This document shows positions 50,204 to 64,000 of a stretch of DNA of 64,000 bases, one piece after another. The notes beneath the pieces are model-generated. The model worked only from the letters and a program-made list of their open reading frames with translations, ran no database searches and was not told the origin of the DNA. A program made the position numbers and the translations under genes. This DNA is from Auanema rhodensis (taxonomy: Eukaryota; Animalia; Nematoda), in NCBI GenBank assembly GCA_964057225.1, contig OZ059898.1, positions 5,456,001-5,520,000 of the forward strand. Reading direction: 5' to 3'. How positions within the stretch are numbered: the stretch's first letter is position 1; each line of letters opens with the position of its first letter.

Positions 50204-50586
50204 ATGACTTCTAATCAAGAAGTTTATCAGGCAACAGGTCACCGACCGATTTGTTTTTGGACTGCTAGTGACGTCGATGATTGGTTGAGGAAAAGAAGAC
50301 CAAAATTGGCTTTGAAATATTCCTTATTTTTTCTTCGGCATAATATATCAGGTTTATACAATTAAAAATAATATTGATTAACCCTGTCTAATTCACAGGG
50401 CGTGTACTAGTTGACATCAGTGATTCGGATCTTGAAGAAATTGGTATTACTTCTTTTGATGAAAGGTGAACCATTCTATGATACTATTTTCCACTATATG
50501 AACTCTATAGACAGGATATCTTGTTAGAGATTAGAAAGGAAAAATTGTACAATGATATGGATGAGTTATCTAAGCTTAGGTGCTAG
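50204..50586 (+). CDS. ave-1: Small SAM-domain-only protein, Aveugle/Hyphen (SAMD10/SAMD12)-like, 96 aa
   Basis: Exons 50204-50351, 50399-50465, 50511-50586: MTSNQEVYQATGHRPICFWTASDVDDWLRKRRPKLALKYSLFFLRHNISGRVLVDISDSDLEEIGITSFDERQDILLEIRKEKLYNDMDELSKLRC*. The SAM signature WT..DV..W...Y...F..H.I.GR.L..I.D..L...GI and the C-terminal EI.K..L..D..E extension resemble Drosophila Aveugle. TTATTCAG acceptor 12 nt upstream. The domain call is firmer than the symbol. Confidence 0.85.
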
Positions 50587-51744
50587 AAAGTAATTGGGTT
50601 CACTCTACCAGCTTATATGTCGGTAAGCTCAGCTTTATGATTTTGTGTATGATTCTCGGTAATAATCATTGCGTGTATATACATAATTATTACATTTCCA
50701 AAATAAGTTGTTCAGAAAAATATATTTTATACATAAATTATTGTTTACTTTCGGAGCTGATATATTTTCTAATGTAATCCTTTACTAACCACTTCAGACA
50801 AGACTATGATTAAGGTCATCTTATATTCTAAATTAGTTCAAGCATCTCGGTAAATGAGATATAAATCAAGCTTATTATTATGATTGCACTTCTCATTAAT
50901 AAAATTGTGAATTAACGCTTAATTCTTGCTGCAAATTCAAAAGGCATATCTAAGCGATATTGAAGGATTTCTAATTTTGTTAAATAGATCAATAGTTTAC
51001 ACATATTAAGCCAAAATGTTGGTAATTTTACAAAGCATCAATATGGGATTTTAATTTTATAATCTCCTGCCTAGGTTTGGAACTCTAATAAACTGGGGTA
51101 TTAAAACAAGTTCACTCATGTTTTCATCATTCCTCTACTCTGTAGAACTTCATTGTAAATCTGTATCTTATATCTCGTATCTTTAGATAGTAGAAAAAAA
51201 AGCAAAATGCATGAGCAGAAAAATGTTTATTAATAAAAAACTATTATACATGTATGCATACTAATATGGAAAATCTCTTATATACATGAAAATGTAGCAC
51301 CCGACTCTTAACGGCAAATCTAATACCGAGAGAAAGTTTTTTGAACAAGCCAATCTAATACTTATATACAAAAAAAAATTATATAAAATGGCAAACTTTG
51401 CGAGAACAGCATGGTCATTTTCTCAAGATTATTGATTATCTTTCAAATTAGGAGACTTGAGAAGCATATATCATATTATATGAAAAGTCGTAGAAACTTG
51501 AAATTATTTAAAAGTTTTGGAATACTATCAGCTGTTAGACAATATCTGAATCCTATTTTGATAAAACAAAAAAAGATTTCGAATTATGACCAATTTTTGA
51601 TACTTCCTTGTATATGCAAAAGCCAGGTAACTAGATGTCTAATGTAAGCCTGAAGGCAAGATATGAGACTAAAAAGTCAAGCTTTAAATTATAGAATAGC
51701 AAGTAAAATATAAAATCCTAAAAGAAAGTTTGATGGTGTTCAAT

Positions 51745-52840
51745 TCAGACTAATTTTTCAATAGGTAGTCTTTTAATTTCAGAATGCATAGCGGATTGAA
51801 TTTCATTTATATTGATTCGGAGATCTCTTTCAATATCTCTTCGATATTGCTCATCTCGCCTGAAAATATAATTTGATTCTAGATAATGTGAAAGTTAATT
51901 CTATGTTTTATAATAAAAAGTTTACCTGGCTAGTATATCATCGACATCCAAAGTAGAATTTGGAGTACTTGAGGAGCTTAGTGATGACGTGCATCTAAGG
52001 GATGCAGAAGAAGATGAACGGGTTCTTCCTTCGCCTAAACAATTATATAATGTTACCTTAAACGTATCTTTTGTAAAATTACATGTTAACAATGCAGTTC
52101 TACACCAATCTAATGCTTCTTCATCGCAATAAGGAACATATTCGAGACAAATATTCGAAAAGCGAAGAAGAGCCAAAATATGCTCATCGGACAGAGGTGT
52201 TAATGCTGATAAAAGAATTCGGTGCTCGTTCTAAAAAATACAGAAGTAAAATTAAAAAATTATTTGTAAAAAAATGACGTACTTTTAAATTATTAAAATG
52301 TCGTTTCAGTTCGCTCATATATGGCGCGAATCGAATTTCAGTATAGATCCAACATATCAAAGCTTGATATTCAGATACGAAGAATGGTAAACTGTTTGAT
52401 TCTAGAATTAAATAACCACATAAAATATTATATAAGATGGTTTTTACTTGAAACAACTTCTTCTCGTAACTCTTCTCTCAATTCAGATATAGTTTCCATT
52501 GCATCTCGGAGACATTTTTTGCGATTTATAACTGTTTTTTGAATTGCAAAATCCATTTGAATTTCTCGTCGAAGTTTATAGACATCTTCAGGTGTAATCC
52601 TAAAAAACAAGCTATTAGCTTCTTCGATGAGAAATGAAAAAAAAAATGCAGTAAAAAGCTCTTACTTTTGGCCACTTCGCTTAATATTATGAAGCAGTTT
52701 AGTATTATAAGATCTTCTGCTATTTGGAGATGAATTGGTTGATGAGCTACTACTCGATTGACCAGAGCCCAATGAGCAGTTCGATGAAGCCATCTCCTTA
52801 TCTGAAACTGTTACAAATCAATTGACAAAGAAATGAATGA

Positions 52841-52882
<42 letters not shown>

Positions 52883-54005
52883 CAACTGAATCATTTGAAA
52901 AGACTGGACAAGTTAACAACGAATAATAAGACAGATTATTGGATGAAGTTTGACTGTTGTGGATTAAAAGGAATAATGTTTAACGGACCGGTTCTGGTCA
53001 TGAACATACATAAATTCATTCTTGGACTCAATCGTATACATATGCATGTTTTTCATTGAAATTCCGGTCCGGAATTGAGATGTATAAAATGGAAATAAGA
53101 AAATATGCTAGGCTCATTAGTATATGAGCTCATTGATTTAGCTCACTAGGTCATCTAAGCAGGACAGGTCTGATAATAATGCAACCGTTTATAGACAATA
53201 TTTGCTTACTGGAGTTTTCTAATTGGTTAAATGAGCAAAACGATCTTGACTTCTTTAATTAAAAGTTATATATTAAGTTTCTAGAATGTACATAATTAAG
53301 TTGAAATGAAAGTAATATAAATGTAGGAATACGAATCGTTATCTTAGAGGGTAGAAAAGATAATTTAAAAACAGTTTTTATTAAATGATACAGCTTCCCA
53401 CCCCCTTCTTCACCCTATATTCTAACAACACCCTTGAATATGGCCTGTACATTGAGTGTTGACTCATACCTAATAGTCATGTCTTCCTATAGATAATATG
53501 TTATAGAAATATGGTTATGTTCAAAAAAAAAGAAAACTTTCTTTAAATTCAACATAACATTACATAGAACCAAAAATTCAAGTGTACTATTACATGTATT
53601 CGTTTGATTAAGAAAAGGACTTTTCAAATTCTGATAAAAGCCCTGATAAGTGAAATAATTTCGAATATGCTTGCAGTAGTTTATAGATTTTTCATAGGAT
53701 TAACGATTCAATTAGAAATAATTTTCATGAGAATTACTGAGGCGATATTAAGCATGCTGTATAAATAACCTTACAGCTTAAAACTATATAAAAGGCTATG
53801 CTCACACAGAAAAAATAGTACAGTAACTGCAAACAGCTTATAACTAAGTAATAGTTTAACAAAAAGTGCAAATGATAATAACAATGATACAATGAAAGCA
53901 TTTGTTTATTAAAAATTACTTACCATGAAGATGTCCAATTATATCTAAATCCAATACGGATTGACGAGGCATAGGCCGTATACGGCCATGTGAAAAAACA
54001 ATCAT
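51745..54005 (-). CDS. Unrecognised, probably helical protein (about 286 aa) with two Ser-rich tracts
   Basis: Exons 54005-53924, 52801-52666, 52599-52448, 52401-52283, 52230-52083, 52034-51926, 51859-51745, all in phase and mostly with strong sites. MIVFSHGRIRPMPRQSVLDLDIIGHLHDKEMASSNCS...ITPEDVYKLRREIQMDFAIQK...EIKRLPIEKLV*. A TTTTTCAG acceptor at 54029-54036 suggests trans-splicing or more upstream exons. Confidence 0.85.
52844..52880. repeat. (AT)n microsatellite
   Basis: Direct reading of a perfect run, about 40 nt upstream of the minus-strand acceptor at 52802. Confidence 0.95.
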
Positions 54006-57000
54006 TGTTGATGATAGTCGAAATGTTTCTGAAAAAATAATATATAAAAATATATTTATAAGAAGAATAGTAAAGAGCATGAATAAGATAGGCACAATTC
54101 TACCATCTTACGTAAGTCAAGTTAGAATAGAATTATGCGATTTAAAATTTTAAAATATAATTGTAGGATTATAAACGCATAATAGGAAATAAGATATTAG
54201 TGACAAAATATAAACGTTTTCCTTGAATAGAATCAAAAATTGATTAAATACTCATATAACATTGAAAAAAAAACTTGTTCAATCTTCAAGTGCAACTGAA
54301 CTCCAAACATTATAGACCAATATCACAGGAAGAAGTAAACGAAATAGTAGTTATTATAGTTTTGGCACTATTCCAATAAAAAATAAATATAAATTAGTTC
54401 AGATATTAGAACTAGAATAAAAATAATAAAGCATATACATTAACAAAGGAGAAAAAGGAAAAATATTATGAAAGTGAGTTAAGAGGTATAGTATTAAATA
54501 ACTTTTAAATTTGTCAATAATTTGCAAAAGACAAATAAGAAAAAAGAAATGATTAAACAATTTAAACAAAAGATTTTATCTAAAAATTTAAAAACTTTAT
54601 CAAAAGTGAATTATGTTCACAAAAAGAATCCTCTTAAATACGAGGTGATAAAAACGTTTAATAGCTTTTTTCATTCCATTTGGTTCTTTTTAATATTTTA
54701 GTTATTTCAAAATTAAACATTTGAACCCAAATTGAAAGATTTATGATTTGTTTTCAAAATAAATAGTTTATGAGTAGAAATATATGAAAGTTCACGATTC
54801 TTCTTTAAAGCTGATCTTAATGCACTTTTAATAGATAGTAAGTAAGAACTTGTCAATCTTCTCGTAATAATATTTATCTTTATATGATAAGCAAAAAAAG
54901 ATTAAAAAATGGAAATGAAATTACACATAATCAGAAGCGTAGTATAATGAATAATTTAAAAGACTTTAAAAAACTGGAATTAATAAGAAATATTAGAGAC
55001 TTTATTGTTTGCTTGAATTCAAGAAAGATTGGTACAGTTGGGAGAAAGTGTGACTAATCCATGTTAAAATGAAGCTGTTTCGAACTTTCAAAAAGCATTT
55101 AACAGTAAAAAATGACACGAGCCCGAGGATTCAGAGTTTGAAAAAAAATGACACGAGATGACGATTTTTTCTAACTCTGATTTAAAATCCTTGTATGACA
55201 AATGATTAAACAGCTTATTATGAATGAACAACTTGGAGAGAGTAAAATATATCAGAGACGTCTTCTAAATGACGTGTGTGGAAGACTGACACTCCTTGTT
55301 TGGGAAATTGTAAACAAATAAGAAAACTGAACAAACAAATAGAGTTTTTCAACAAAATTTCACGATATTTCAGAAGAGATGTTCCGTAAGTTAAAGCCGT
55401 GGACGTGAAGAAGATAGAAACGATTGAGCCACCGAGGCCAATCAAGGACGTGAAGAGTCAAAGATTCTTCACAATTTTAATCACAATAAATGTAAGAAAA
55501 AAAAAAAACAAAAAACATGTGCCCATTCAATCGCATGAATTCAATTTTCGCAAAGAAAATCTGAGTCAATAAAATAATAACGCCAATTGAAACGAAAAGG
55601 TTAAAAAGACATCAATTTTTATGAAAATGGTGTTCAATGCAGAAGAATCATTCTGAGTACATCAACTTCCGTATTTGATGTTTACCTTAGAATAAATTAC
55701 ATTTTTTGACGTTTTCAGAAATTTAGCTAAGAAATTCTGAAAAATCTAGAAGAATAGAAGTTACATACTCTTAAAATGAAAATATTATATGAATAGTAAC
55801 CAATTTCGTACTAAATGCCTGATGGCTTCTTGATTTTTTGCATTAAAATAAATGCAAATAGAAAGCTAACAAGATTTGAAGAAGACCACATCACTGTTCA
55901 TTTTTCTTTATATTTCAACAATGTTTAAGTGACATTTTGAATGGAAACTTCACTTTCTAACGTTATAAATTATAAGAAACTAGCTCATTCTCGACAGAAT
56001 GGTACTTGAATAGCGCATATAAGGAACTTTTGAAAAAAATCTAATTACGGAAATAGTCGCATCAGACCTTGAGTGAATGCTAAAATGCAAAAAAAAGTAA
56101 AGATGAATTAGAAAATAAAAGTATAATTACCAAAGCAATAAGAATTGAATAAATATTATATTTAACTAACCTATAAGAGATAATATATTTGATATGAAGG
56201 GCATCGGATTTTTTCTAGAAAAATTCAACCAAATTGCAGGAAAGTAGATGATCAGTGTTATAATTATATGTCACTTAGCGAAAAGATAGAGAAAGAGATA
56301 AATTTACTCTAGACTATGCCGTTGATATTTGGAAAAACCTGTCAGACGTTCAGAAAAAGTGAGGTTGCTCACCTAAGCACAACAGAGAGAAAAGACAGAA
56401 ATCGAGGGTCAACAAAAAGTTTAACTGCCTACTCACCTTCTCGTTTTTCTCCCTCTCTCACAATCCTGTACTCTTCTCTAATTCTCCTTCCTTCATACTG
56501 TCACCGTTTCAGATACTTAGTATGTACATACATACATTGTATGTTGTGGTGACTTTCAGGACCAGCTCTTAATGGACATAGAAGTAGAAAACACTGTGAG
56601 GGCTCGGTTAATTACCAAATTATTTTTAAAAGAAAATAGTGTATGTAAACTTTCGGTATCGTATTTTAACAAAAATTTGTTTGAAAACTATGTATATTGG
56701 CTGCTAAAGAATTTCCTGGCAAATAGATGGTGTGTGAAGAGCAAAGCCCTTAGGCGATCAACAGATAGATTAAAGTGAGTGACAGAGACAGGTTAACCGT
56801 TTATAGTGAACAAACGAATGGTTTGCGCTATGCAAACCAAAAGAAACGTTGAGAATGTTGTCAAAAATAGGATTCTTGTGAAGATAAAAACATTGATCAA
56901 GTATTTAAGAGATCAATTTTTAAAGTGAAAAGACAACAATTCATAAGAAATACTATTATAAATTTACGGCATAAACCCTCCCACGTACAGGTCGAAGATC

Positions 57001-60000
57001 ATGAGAACATACATATAATGAAGTTTGTTACAAAGAACATAGAATAGAAAAGTTAAAAAAAACTTAACAGATTTTTTTAATTTTCCAGAAAGACACGAGA
57101 TATTGGTCAGCATAACAATTACTTACAGAAATCGAAGAATGTACAAAGATTTGTAAAAAAATTGAAACGAAAGAGGAAAAGAGAGAGAATTAAAGAGCAT
57201 AAAATGATGATGAAAAGGGTTATGTTGCTGTTCGTCAGCAATATGAACAGGTTCAAAGTGGCAGTTCAAACGAAAAAGGAAAGAAGAAACAATAGACACA
57301 CCTTGCAAAGGAAATGTCAACTATATCAATTGAATGAATTGAAAGATGAGAGCCGTAGAAGAGATGCATGGCTGATTGATAAGTGATACAATGTCATGAA
57401 GAAGTTTTTTTTAATGTCCTTTAATGGTAAAATAAAGTTGAAACAACTTCCATTAGTGAAACATATGAATTAATTTATTTCAAAATAAAATAAGTTATAT
57501 GTTTAAGCTGACTAATATTCAAGAGGATATGAAGATCTGAAGCACAACCGTTCCACTTGTACTAGCCGAAGAAAATGAAGGAATGTTTGTTATGTATAAC
57601 ACTGAAAATCATGAGGTTTAGATTCCAAATGATATATCATCATGTGGTCAATGTTCTTTTTATAGTAAAAGATTCTATTTATAAAATTCAAATGATATCA
57701 TAATTGAATATTGCACTTTTCAAAAACTGTTTTGAAAATCTAAGTTAAATTAATTATTCAATTAACCTTGAAAGGAGGTAAATTGATGCGGATGAGAGTA
57801 AGATGAAATAGCTTAATAAAGAGTTAAAAAGATATTTTCGGTATAAAAAAACTTAAATTGTTGATAACAACAATTTTGAAGAGGGAAGATTAATAAAGCG
57901 ACTAAAGAAGTAGAACGAGGCTAGTCGAAAGTCAAAAGTTTCTCTTTAAAACGAAAAGATTCTTCAAGTGTCTAGTTATTGCTTTGAATAACATCAAATT
58001 TAAAAAGATTCTTCTTTTTAGCAAACAAAATATAAAATATTGAAAAAAATTTATGTATGAATCAGAACATGGAAAATAATGACGTTATGCGCGTTTGCCA
58101 AAGCAATTGGGTGATCCTGATTAGTAGATAATTCCTGCATGATTCATATGAACAAGCAGGTAATTGACAAGAAAATTTAATTCTTAAGTAAAATAAATAT
58201 ATATTTTATTAAGCTTATAGCATTTGATAGGAAATTGATGAGAGAAAAGATCAGCGGGTCAGATACTAATTGAAAATTTTTTCTCCGTGATTGATCAAAA
58301 TGGTTTCTTTTATAACGAAATAGAAAAATGAAGCGAATCTCCATATCAATCTTTAAATAGTTTTGTCTTAAGAAATATAAATATATATATATTTCTTGAG
58401 ACAAGACTATTTGAAGATTTTCATTAAATAGTTTGATGAATTATTTTACTTTTTTTTGTTCAAAAAAATTGATTAACGCAAATGATTTGTATAAGTATTG
58501 TTAAACAGGTTACACGTATATGAATAGTTGAAGAATGGAAAAGAGGTTCAAACAATCGAAAAGAATCGTTTAAGAATCTTGATGTTGGCAAGTAGTAGAA
58601 CAAGAAGACGAAAGAGAACCACAGTCTATACACAAATTTTCATGAAATATATTCTTGGAAAAGTATTTTCTAAAAATTCAAACGTTAAATGAAGAACATT
58701 TCAGAGAGGGACTAGCAAAACAGATTACGAATACTCAAGGAACACTTTGATTAGAAACTAGTTATGAAGATGTAACATGACAAGTTTGAATAAACTAAAC
58801 AAGTAAAATCTTAATTTTAAACAAATATAGATAATATTCTATGTTTATCATGCTTCAAGAATAAAAATACGAAATAAAATATTTTAATGTGATGAAATCA
58901 AAAGATACGAAACATTGAATAGACTTTGAGTTAGAAGAAGAGGATTAAAAACAAGTGAGGTGGAATGATGACGATTAGAATAATTAGAAAGCAATAGATC
59001 AAGAGCAGGTTATTGAACCATATCTTTGACCGACTTCCAAACTTAAGTTTATATAATATAAATTCAAAAGCATTTTGGATTTAATAATTAATATATGATG
59101 TAAAGAAAAAATAATATTTTAGTATACATTAGTAATACATATAATGAAACGAATTTTGATAGAATAACGCTATCTTAATGTTCGATCATTCTGTTCTTAG
59201 ACTCATCAGTCATTCTTCTTTCTTCATCAGATGAGTGGCATCGCTGACCCGACCTGTACTTATCCAAGGAAATGTAAATTTGATTTATGTAATAACATGA
59301 TGAATATAAGATGTCGGCAATGACAAAGCAATCAACTAACAACGGAGCAATACTGATAGATGGATGGGCTTCTGATGTACAACAAGCGGTCGTAAACGTT
59401 TGAAGTGTTCAATAAGCCCTCTTGTAACACCCTAAGTTATATTCGTTTATCAGCTAGATATCCTCAGATTTTTTTATTATTTCATATCCCTTAAGTCCTG
59501 TATACTGTTCTCTCATCATATGATGGGAATGACATACAAACGACTTTCAAAAGCCTGAATCTGGTGGCGTGGAACAGAATCTACGAGATCGGAATGACGT
59601 CAACAATTCGAATATTATATAAGAAGTAGTTTTCAATAAAAGCTCTACTTGTAGTTCATACATAAAAATTAAATGAATATTTTGAGAAAAAAAACAAAAA
59701 GGGTATAGTAATTTTTTAATTATTTAAAAAGTTGAACCAATAAAAATTACTGTCATGTCTTATTTTCAAAGCTGATAAAACACATTCAACGTAAAGAAAA
59801 ACACAAAGTCTGGATATTTTTGGAGAATACACTATGGAAACAAAGCCAACAAAACAGGAGAAAGAGGGGCAATAATCGAAGAAAACGGAAAACTGGAGAG
59901 GATGATAGGAAAAAGAAAAAGACGAAGTCCGGCAAAGGGCAATAGAACCGCCATTAGTGTCAAAGTGAACCTGCTCTGTTCGAATAAATCGGACTGTTCG

Positions 60001-63000
60001 CAATTTATGTTTGTTCGAAGCTTAAATCTATTTGAAAATTTTCTTATCAGATTCAGGCAATCAAAAGCAACAAAACTATTGTGGGTAGTTTAAAAAATAA
60101 AAGAAAAGAAAACTGTTTTGTTTGTTTTAGTTTTTCGATATAGATGTGACTATAAGGTATACATGTTTGTTTATGTTACTAAAAGGTTCAACAACGATAA
60201 CAATCCATCTGGCTTTTCACTAATGCTCATTAAAAAAGAAAGGATTTTCACAATAAATACAATAGACTAGAATGTATTAAACATGTTGATAAATTTGTAT
60301 TGAAATCAATATATGAATAAAAGTTTTCATAATATTATATATTTTACTATAACAAATATTATTGTCGTTATATGACAGGCATTAAAGAAGTTGGGTCTAA
60401 ATAACTAATTGAATATAATATATTTCAATTGACAATAGGTTTTCTATTATTTGTTAATATATGAAATAGTTAAAACTTTTTTTCATAAAATTATGAGAAG
60501 GTAACAGCAAAGAGAAACGAAAAGATAATGAAAGGCTATTTTTCATCGACTTGATTTTTCTATCTTCCATAATAATTCTACAAGTTAAAGCAAACCAGAT
60601 GATCGTCGTAAAGTTTGTCAGCGGAAACTACGATCGTTGTCATCAGTCGAGATATTTACCGCAAATAAGCAAAATCTTGGAAAAAAGTCATTGAGATTCA
60701 TCCACCGCATTCTATATGGATGGGAAAAATGATTTCTAATGAATCACTGTTCTTCAGGCTTCAGAACAGTCCTGAAGCTGTAACGATAGATCGCAGAAAA
60801 ATCGATACAGTAAAAAGGAATAAAAACAATTGCACTATTGAGTTTATAGAGAAAAACAAAGAAAAAACAGGTGGTATAGTTCTAGTCATGATCTCTACTT
60901 CATATGATTGCTTCATCATCTGATGTCAACTATACAAGAACATACATTCGCTCAGAATATTGGAAAGAACATTCAATTACAATACACAGATATGTAAGCA
61001 TAAAATAAACTTTTTTTGAAAGTTTTCTGATAAAGTTAACATGAATTAATAAGAAAAACTAAATAATGAACAATGAAATCAACATGAATCAAGATGATAT
61101 ACTATGGATTATGTACAGTACATGTATACTGTAGAATGAGCACACATGTGTTTTGTTGATGCTTTTAGATTTTTGTCCATAACAACTCAATCTATAACTT
61201 GTGTTGTTCCAGAACAATATTTCAAAATTGCAAATCAGAATATTAGCAGAAAATTATGGATTTAAGTATGAATGTCGAGCGTTCGGACATTGCGGAGCTA
61301 CATGAAAAGTCGGTTGGAAGGTTCGGTGAGGTCTGAGCTGGTTTATTAATAGCCTCAAACATCAAAGATAGAAAATACATTAGAAAACTGAAAATAAATC
61401 GTTTTCACAACAGTTTATAAAAAAAGCCTGAGAATGTCAAGTCCATGAACATAAATTAGTACTTAACTATAAAAATAGATGAAATTGACGAATATGCTTT
61501 GGCGGTCAAACTGAACATTAAATTTATGGGATATTTCTTCAGATGTGTCGGAAATACGTCCACAGATCAGTAGAGAAATTGATAAAGATACTTTATAGAT
61601 TGAGGTAAAAAAGAGATAATGACAGATGAAGCAAAGAAAGAAGATGATACACCACATTCAACCCCCCCCCCCCACAAGGAGCGAACCAGAACGCAAAGTT
61701 CTTAGAAGATTTCGTGGACAGAAGATAGAGTACTACTATAGACCTGATGAATGACGACTATCAATATCTATAATATAATAAATGAAAGAAAGAACGAAAG
61801 AAATACAGAAAAAATGTTGTGGAAGGAAAATGGAAGAGAGAGACCATTTGAACAACTAGAAGAAATAAAAAAAACAACTTTCAAACTATTAGTAGGCCTT
61901 TTCTTTAATTAAATCTATGTTTAAAGAAAAAGAACATATTATTGATTATGTGATAGTCGTCAACGACCAATTCCAATAGAAATAGTCGATAGGTACAAAA
62001 TATCTTGCGAACACCTCACAGTTACACAAGGTTATTTTGGATAAAACAGATCAAGTAAAAGAATATGAAAAGAAAGTAGGAAATGAACACAAATATATGG
62101 AGAATAAGAGAATCAGATTATGATACAGAAAGAGAACCTAAGAGAAACGAAAGAGATCTCAGACGAATGAGAGTCATTTCATACTTATCTGATCTAGTAA
62201 AGGTCTAGTGACCGCCATCATATGTTGTTGTTTTTAAATAATTTTTAAGGTTATATTCCTTATAAAATTGTCAATAAATCTATTGAATATGATGAAAACA
62301 ACAATAGAATTGTTTCAAGTTTATTAGATAAGCCTATTTGGCTCTCAATTAGTAAGTCTATTAAGAGAACAATTATTCATCTTAAATCATGTTCACGAAC
62401 TTATACTAAATGTCATATAAGTATTGAGAGAGCACAAAGAAAGAAAACCATTTTTCGTGGAATAACTACAAGAAATATTTATTGACGTAACTTCTCGGGC
62501 CATTTTTCCACTGCTACCTCAACTGAGCTTCATTGAGCAAATACATACATCTACAACAAACGTGAAAATCGAATAAAGTTCTTTGGAGTTCCCTAGCGAT
62601 CACTGCGAGTCAATTGTTATCGTCTCACATCATTACATTTTAAGAAAATATTTATATGTAAAGCTTAAAAGTCGTAACAAAGAAGATTATGAGAGCATAT
62701 AAGAATGTTGAAAAACGTAGAATACTAGATGGATTGAGAAAACATTATTATTTTGGGACAAATTGGAAAGAAATATAAGAAAACAAGAAAAAAGAAATTT
62801 TTAGATATATTGAGTGAGTAAATCAACCTTTAACCTTTTTGTATTACCCAAAAATATTCTATTACATACGAAAAAACGATATTTTTCTGAACAAACATTA
62901 TTTAAACTTTGTCGACTATCGTTCACTTCAAAAAAACTACAGTGCGAAGAGAAATAGTACAGAAAAGAACGTACGTTGGTAATATTCTCTAGCATTTGCT

Positions 63001-63767
63001 TCACTTTAATTTGTTGAAACATATTTCAAACACGTAGCGAAAATTAAAAGTTATTAAATTGAAGAAATTTAATTATGAGGCTATTCATAGCTCTCTCTTG
63101 TCAGCTCTCCAGGGAAGCTATTAACTAGACAAATTTAGAATCAGGTCCACTCACCGATCGGTTTCCGGAATTGAACATCTACATAATAAAACACTTTTTA
63201 GAAAATCATAAAATATACAAAAATGTGCTCTTTGTGTAGCAACATATAAACAACTTTTCTCAAGTGATTCATATGTAGCAAATGCGGAATAAAACTCGCG
63301 TATACAACCAGATGGTTTTATATAATGCAGCACTTGTGACGTCGCTGACATGGTCATCTGGGTCCAGAAGGCCACCCCTTGAATAAAGTTATTTTGTAAC
63401 ACATTAGTTTTGCTCAAAATAAGAGTTTCTTCAGCAGATATGGAAACATACATAAAAATGACTCCTCAAAATAGGGTCTTCTTAGGAAATATTAAAACTG
63501 ACCTTGTAGATAGCACAGTTCATCTGATGATACAACCAGATGAACTGATATAACACAGCACTTTTGAGCCTATAAGCTCTAACCATCTGCATATGATAAA
63601 TTTGTTGACTCTGTTCGAGCATGATGCACATGTCAACTGACGACGCAGATTTCATTAGTCGACTGCATACGTGATCTTTATATATTATATGTGCATATAT
63701 CATTATTGTTTAGATATTATATACTGCTTGAAATACTTTTAATATTTCAATTTTTTGGACTTCTCAG

Positions 63768-63994
63768 AGAAACATCATGCCCAACCAACTTGGTGAATGA
63801 GCATATTATCTTCCATCGCTTCTTTGGAGTCCAGTTTTCTGACGTACATTCAAGCTTCTGGAGCACCTTGCCGACAATGAATCTCGTAAGGATCACACTT
63901 GACAAGCCAGACCCGAAGGGCGCCAATCCCACTCAAAGAATCATAAAAGAAGCAGAGCCGAGAGAAAATTTACGATTGAGAAATGAGATGCTCG
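63768..63994 (+). CDS. Possible isolated exon at the window edge
   Basis: TTCTCAG acceptor, G|GTAAGT donor and one fully open frame (ETSCPTNLVNEHIIFHRFFGVQ...KEAEPRENLRLRNEML) with elevated GC. No homology recognised. Confidence 0.3.
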
Positions 63995-64000
63995 GTAAGT

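Noticed and set aside
51226-51237. TTTATTAATAAA palindrome as a shared bidirectional poly(A) signal
   Set aside because: The SAM gene has a nearer AATAAA (50898-50903), and the same 12-mer occurs in an intron near 11199, so chance is sufficient.
63151-63703. Minus-strand ORFs 63482-63703 and 63151-63453 as a gene
   Set aside because: One good donor, but no recognisable protein and no phase-compatible link to the 54028 exon. Left unresolved.
1-64000. Transposons, telomeric TTAGGC arrays, SL/5S/rRNA genes, CRISPR arrays or horizontally acquired bacterial genes
   Set aside because: I saw no transposase or reverse-transcriptase motifs, long terminal repeats, repeat-spacer arrays or long intronless ORFs. 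Small degenerate elements cannot be excluded without a repeat library.

Overview
Very AT-rich eukaryotic DNA from a nematode. The proteins are close to C. elegans orthologues (probably a clade V rhabditid), most introns are 41-60 nt and acceptors are TTTCAG-type. The ORF track is mostly uninformative because genes are split into many small exons, so I assembled models by hand from GT/AG boundaries and reading-phase continuity. Recognisable genes: pdfr-1 (class B GPCR, + 10393-17788) with mutually exclusive ectodomain exons and several alternative C-termini; unc-86 (POU-IV, + 31478-37237); pdhk-2 (- 47038-48766); and an Aveugle/SAMD12-like SAM-only protein (+ 50204-50586). Between unc-86 and pdhk-2 is a tight cluster of four unrecognised multi-exon genes: PH-like, acidic orphan, RING plus possible beta-grasp, and possible SPOC-like. 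A further unrecognised gene lies at - 51745-54005. Main observations: (1) a hidden 157-nt cassette exon in the last unc-86 intron that would give a poly-Asn tail and has an UNC-75/CELF octamer downstream; (2) two competing RNA hairpins at the donor of pdfr-1 exon 4A, plus CELF/RBFOX motifs around exon 4B; (3) a paired ACGT element just upstream of the orphan genes; (4) two unc-86 upstream blocks sharing four exact 9-12-mers. I saw no rRNA, tRNA, CRISPR array or recognisable transposon. Gene identities rest on my recall of reference proteins, not on database searches.
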